64,000 bases of DNA from Vicugna vicugna (Eukaryota): the NCBI GenBank assembly GCA_013265495.1, contig MU057377.1, positions 310,001-374,000 of the forward strand. The letters are read 5' to 3'. The notes under the pieces were generated by a model. The model was not told where the DNA came from. It saw only the letters and a program-made list of their open reading frames with translations, and ran no database searches. Positions 62,080 through 64,000 of this stretch are shown here, in pieces. Each line of letters begins with the position of its first letter. The stretch's first letter is position 1. Position numbers and translations under genes: made by a program.

Positions 62080-62270
62080 GGCTCCGACTCCCAGCTGGGC
62101 TGTGAGCAGGCTGCACTTGCTTTTTGTGTCTTGGTTTTCTGATCTACAAAATGGGGTTAATAATAGTATTTACACCACAGGACTCTTTAAAGATTTAAGT
62201 GAGTTAAGACACTAAGATGCTCATAACATTGCTTGATATATAAAGAACTTCTCAATACGTGTTGGCTGTA
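62080..62270 (+). mobile_element. MIR
   Basis: tcttggttttctgatctacaaaatggggttaataatagtatttacaccacaggact...aagatttaagtgagttaa. Confidence 0.6.
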
Positions 62271-64000
62271 ATTAAAAAGTAATAACCAAAGGAATTACCC
62301 TCTAATGACAAACTCAAATAGCACGACCATCATTGAGAGAGACTATTAAGAAAGTGTGGGCATCTGGAGTGATCTACAAATTGCATAACTTTGCATAATG
62401 AGAGATTTACCTGCACAGCACATTAGGCTGGACTCTCATTAGATTGTGCTCTTCAAGAGAGAAGGGGAAAAGCCTGTTTTATTCACCAATGCACATCTGA
62501 ACCACAGCACAATGCCTGGCCCGCATTTGTTACTTGGTAATTCATTTTTGAATGAGTTGATTAATGACGACCTTTGTAAGGCAAGTAAAATTTTTACATT
62601 GCATTTAACCTGGTCTAATCCAAAGCCCAAAGTGCTCTCCTAGTGTGTGTTTTCAGGTAAATCTACCCAACGTCAATCTTTGCCCACGGCCGTTTACGTA
62701 CTGTCCATCTAGACCCTTGATTGGATCATATCGTGCTTATATTTTGCTCTGCTTGGATTGCTTTCATACCATCTTTGTTAATCCCAAAGTATTTCAAGCT
62801 CTGTGAAGAGAGGGAACGTATCTCACCAGCTCCCACGGCACCTGCACAGTGCTGCAAAAACAAAACTAAATCGAACTGATTTACTAGTTGCATAACCATC
62901 CTTACAGGTAGCAGAGGACTGACACAGGAGTTGCAGGCTCTCTTCTGATGCAAGTTCCATTTAACTGAACTAATGAAAATTTCAAACTTTTGTATTAGAA
63001 GCCATTTTACTTAGATTTGATTTTCACAGGGTTTAGAGAATATAGAAAATAATCAGCAAGCATTTAATTAAGAGGAATATTGAACAACTCATGAGTCACA
63101 ATCAAAGAAAAACATTCTTTTTCCTGCCCATTGTGCTTGCAGACATATTTAAGGCAGGATGAAATCTCTGGATAAAGTCTCCAGCAGACCCCAAGTCTTT
63201 TCTGTTCAGCCTTGAGTCATCGTCTTAAGATCACTTTTAAAAGCCTACAATCAGCAGAACGGCCAGTCCTGAAACCACAAGCTTCAGTGCAGTTTATGAC
63301 TGCATCTTCTTTCCTCGTCTGCTGGTCGACTTCAGGCCATCTTGGACAAGGGCTTGGAAGGCTTCCCTGCTCTTTCTTCCCTCCCTCCCACCTCCAGACT
63401 TCTATCTGAGTGTTAGAGGGTTCAGAAAGTTCCACCTGACGGCACTGGCGTAGGGCAGTCCCATGCACTGAGACTGGCTGAAGTGTCACGGTGACCGTTA
63501 GTCGAGGTCCTCGCATCCTCCTGGTCTCTTGCTCTGTGGGGCAGTCTCGCCTCTCCTTGGACCAGCGGCTCTCACGTTGCCCCGCCCCTCCCCTTCACTA
63601 TGGGTTCTCTGAGGCTTACTTGACCTCCACAGACTCTGCCCCATGGGGTTCCTGCACCTGCTGACAGGGACCAGGTACACTGGCCACTGACTGATGTTCC
63701 TCCCATGAGTCCCCAAAAGACCCCAGGGTCCAGGTGCCTCTGCTCCCCTGGGAGGGGGACACAGTCAGTTCCCCACCCCACCAGCAGCAAGTCCGTCCTT
63801 TCCCTCTTTCCTGCTCCCTCAGGCTGGGAGTCACGCCCTTTCATCTTTAGATTCCGCAGGTGGGTGAAGAATCTAGTCTATGTGGCCCATCCCCTCCTCT
63901 CCCCGAATTTAGGTGAGACCAGAGTTCTCCTTGAAGCAGCTCTCGCTCCCCATCGCGGGGTCAGAATGCAGCCTCCATCCATCCCCCGGCTTGGGGGCAG

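Larger units (their letters stand above)
17815..64000 (-). other. CRB1: CRB1 gene, 3' part (intron 5 to the exon 12 3' UTR); 5' end lies beyond the window
   Basis: Seven in-phase exons encode EGF-like repeats, three laminin-G domains, a TM helix and the Crumbs tail ending ERLI. CDS in window = join(complement 59851-60807, 53869-54416, 52318-52483, 48983-49889, 46037-46165, 42594-42720, 18381-18596), 3050 nt. Confidence 0.96.

Noticed and set aside
60808..64000. CRB1-B-specific first exon (5c) or CRB1 exon 5
   Set aside because: I found no matching coding sequence or convincing ATG-to-donor exon; it probably lies upstream of the window.
1..64000. Prokaryotic-type systems (CRISPR arrays, operons, defence islands) or viral/horizontally transferred genes
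   Set aside because: The sequence is intron-rich mammalian DNA; I saw no regularly spaced repeat-spacer array and no long foreign ORF.

Overview
Mammalian genomic DNA, most likely a camelid (camel/alpaca/llama), judged from several tRNA-Ala-derived SINEs resembling the camelid Vic-1 family. The window holds the convergent 3' ends of two known genes. On the + strand is the last coding exon of DENND1B (888-1373) with a ~4.1 kb 3' UTR. On the - strand are CRB1 (Crumbs homolog 1) exons 6-12 (60807 down to 18381). All seven exons have AG acceptors, exons 6-11 have GT donors, phases are consistent, and lengths (957/548/166/907/129/127/216 nt) equal the human sizes as I recall them. The alternative CRB1-B-type C-terminus, made by reading through the exon 11 donor, is intact. 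The rest is intronic or intergenic DNA with L1, L2, L3, MIR, MLT and SINE remnants and microsatellites; almost all other ORFs in the track are spurious. I see no evidence of a new multi-gene system. The most unusual signals are sharp CpG/GC-rich patches lying on old repeats and exons (candidate GC-biased gene conversion), some notable CRB1 substitutions including an extra Cys in LamG3, and several structurally informative retrotransposon insertions. Comparisons with human sequence and repeat consensuses are from memory and need checking.
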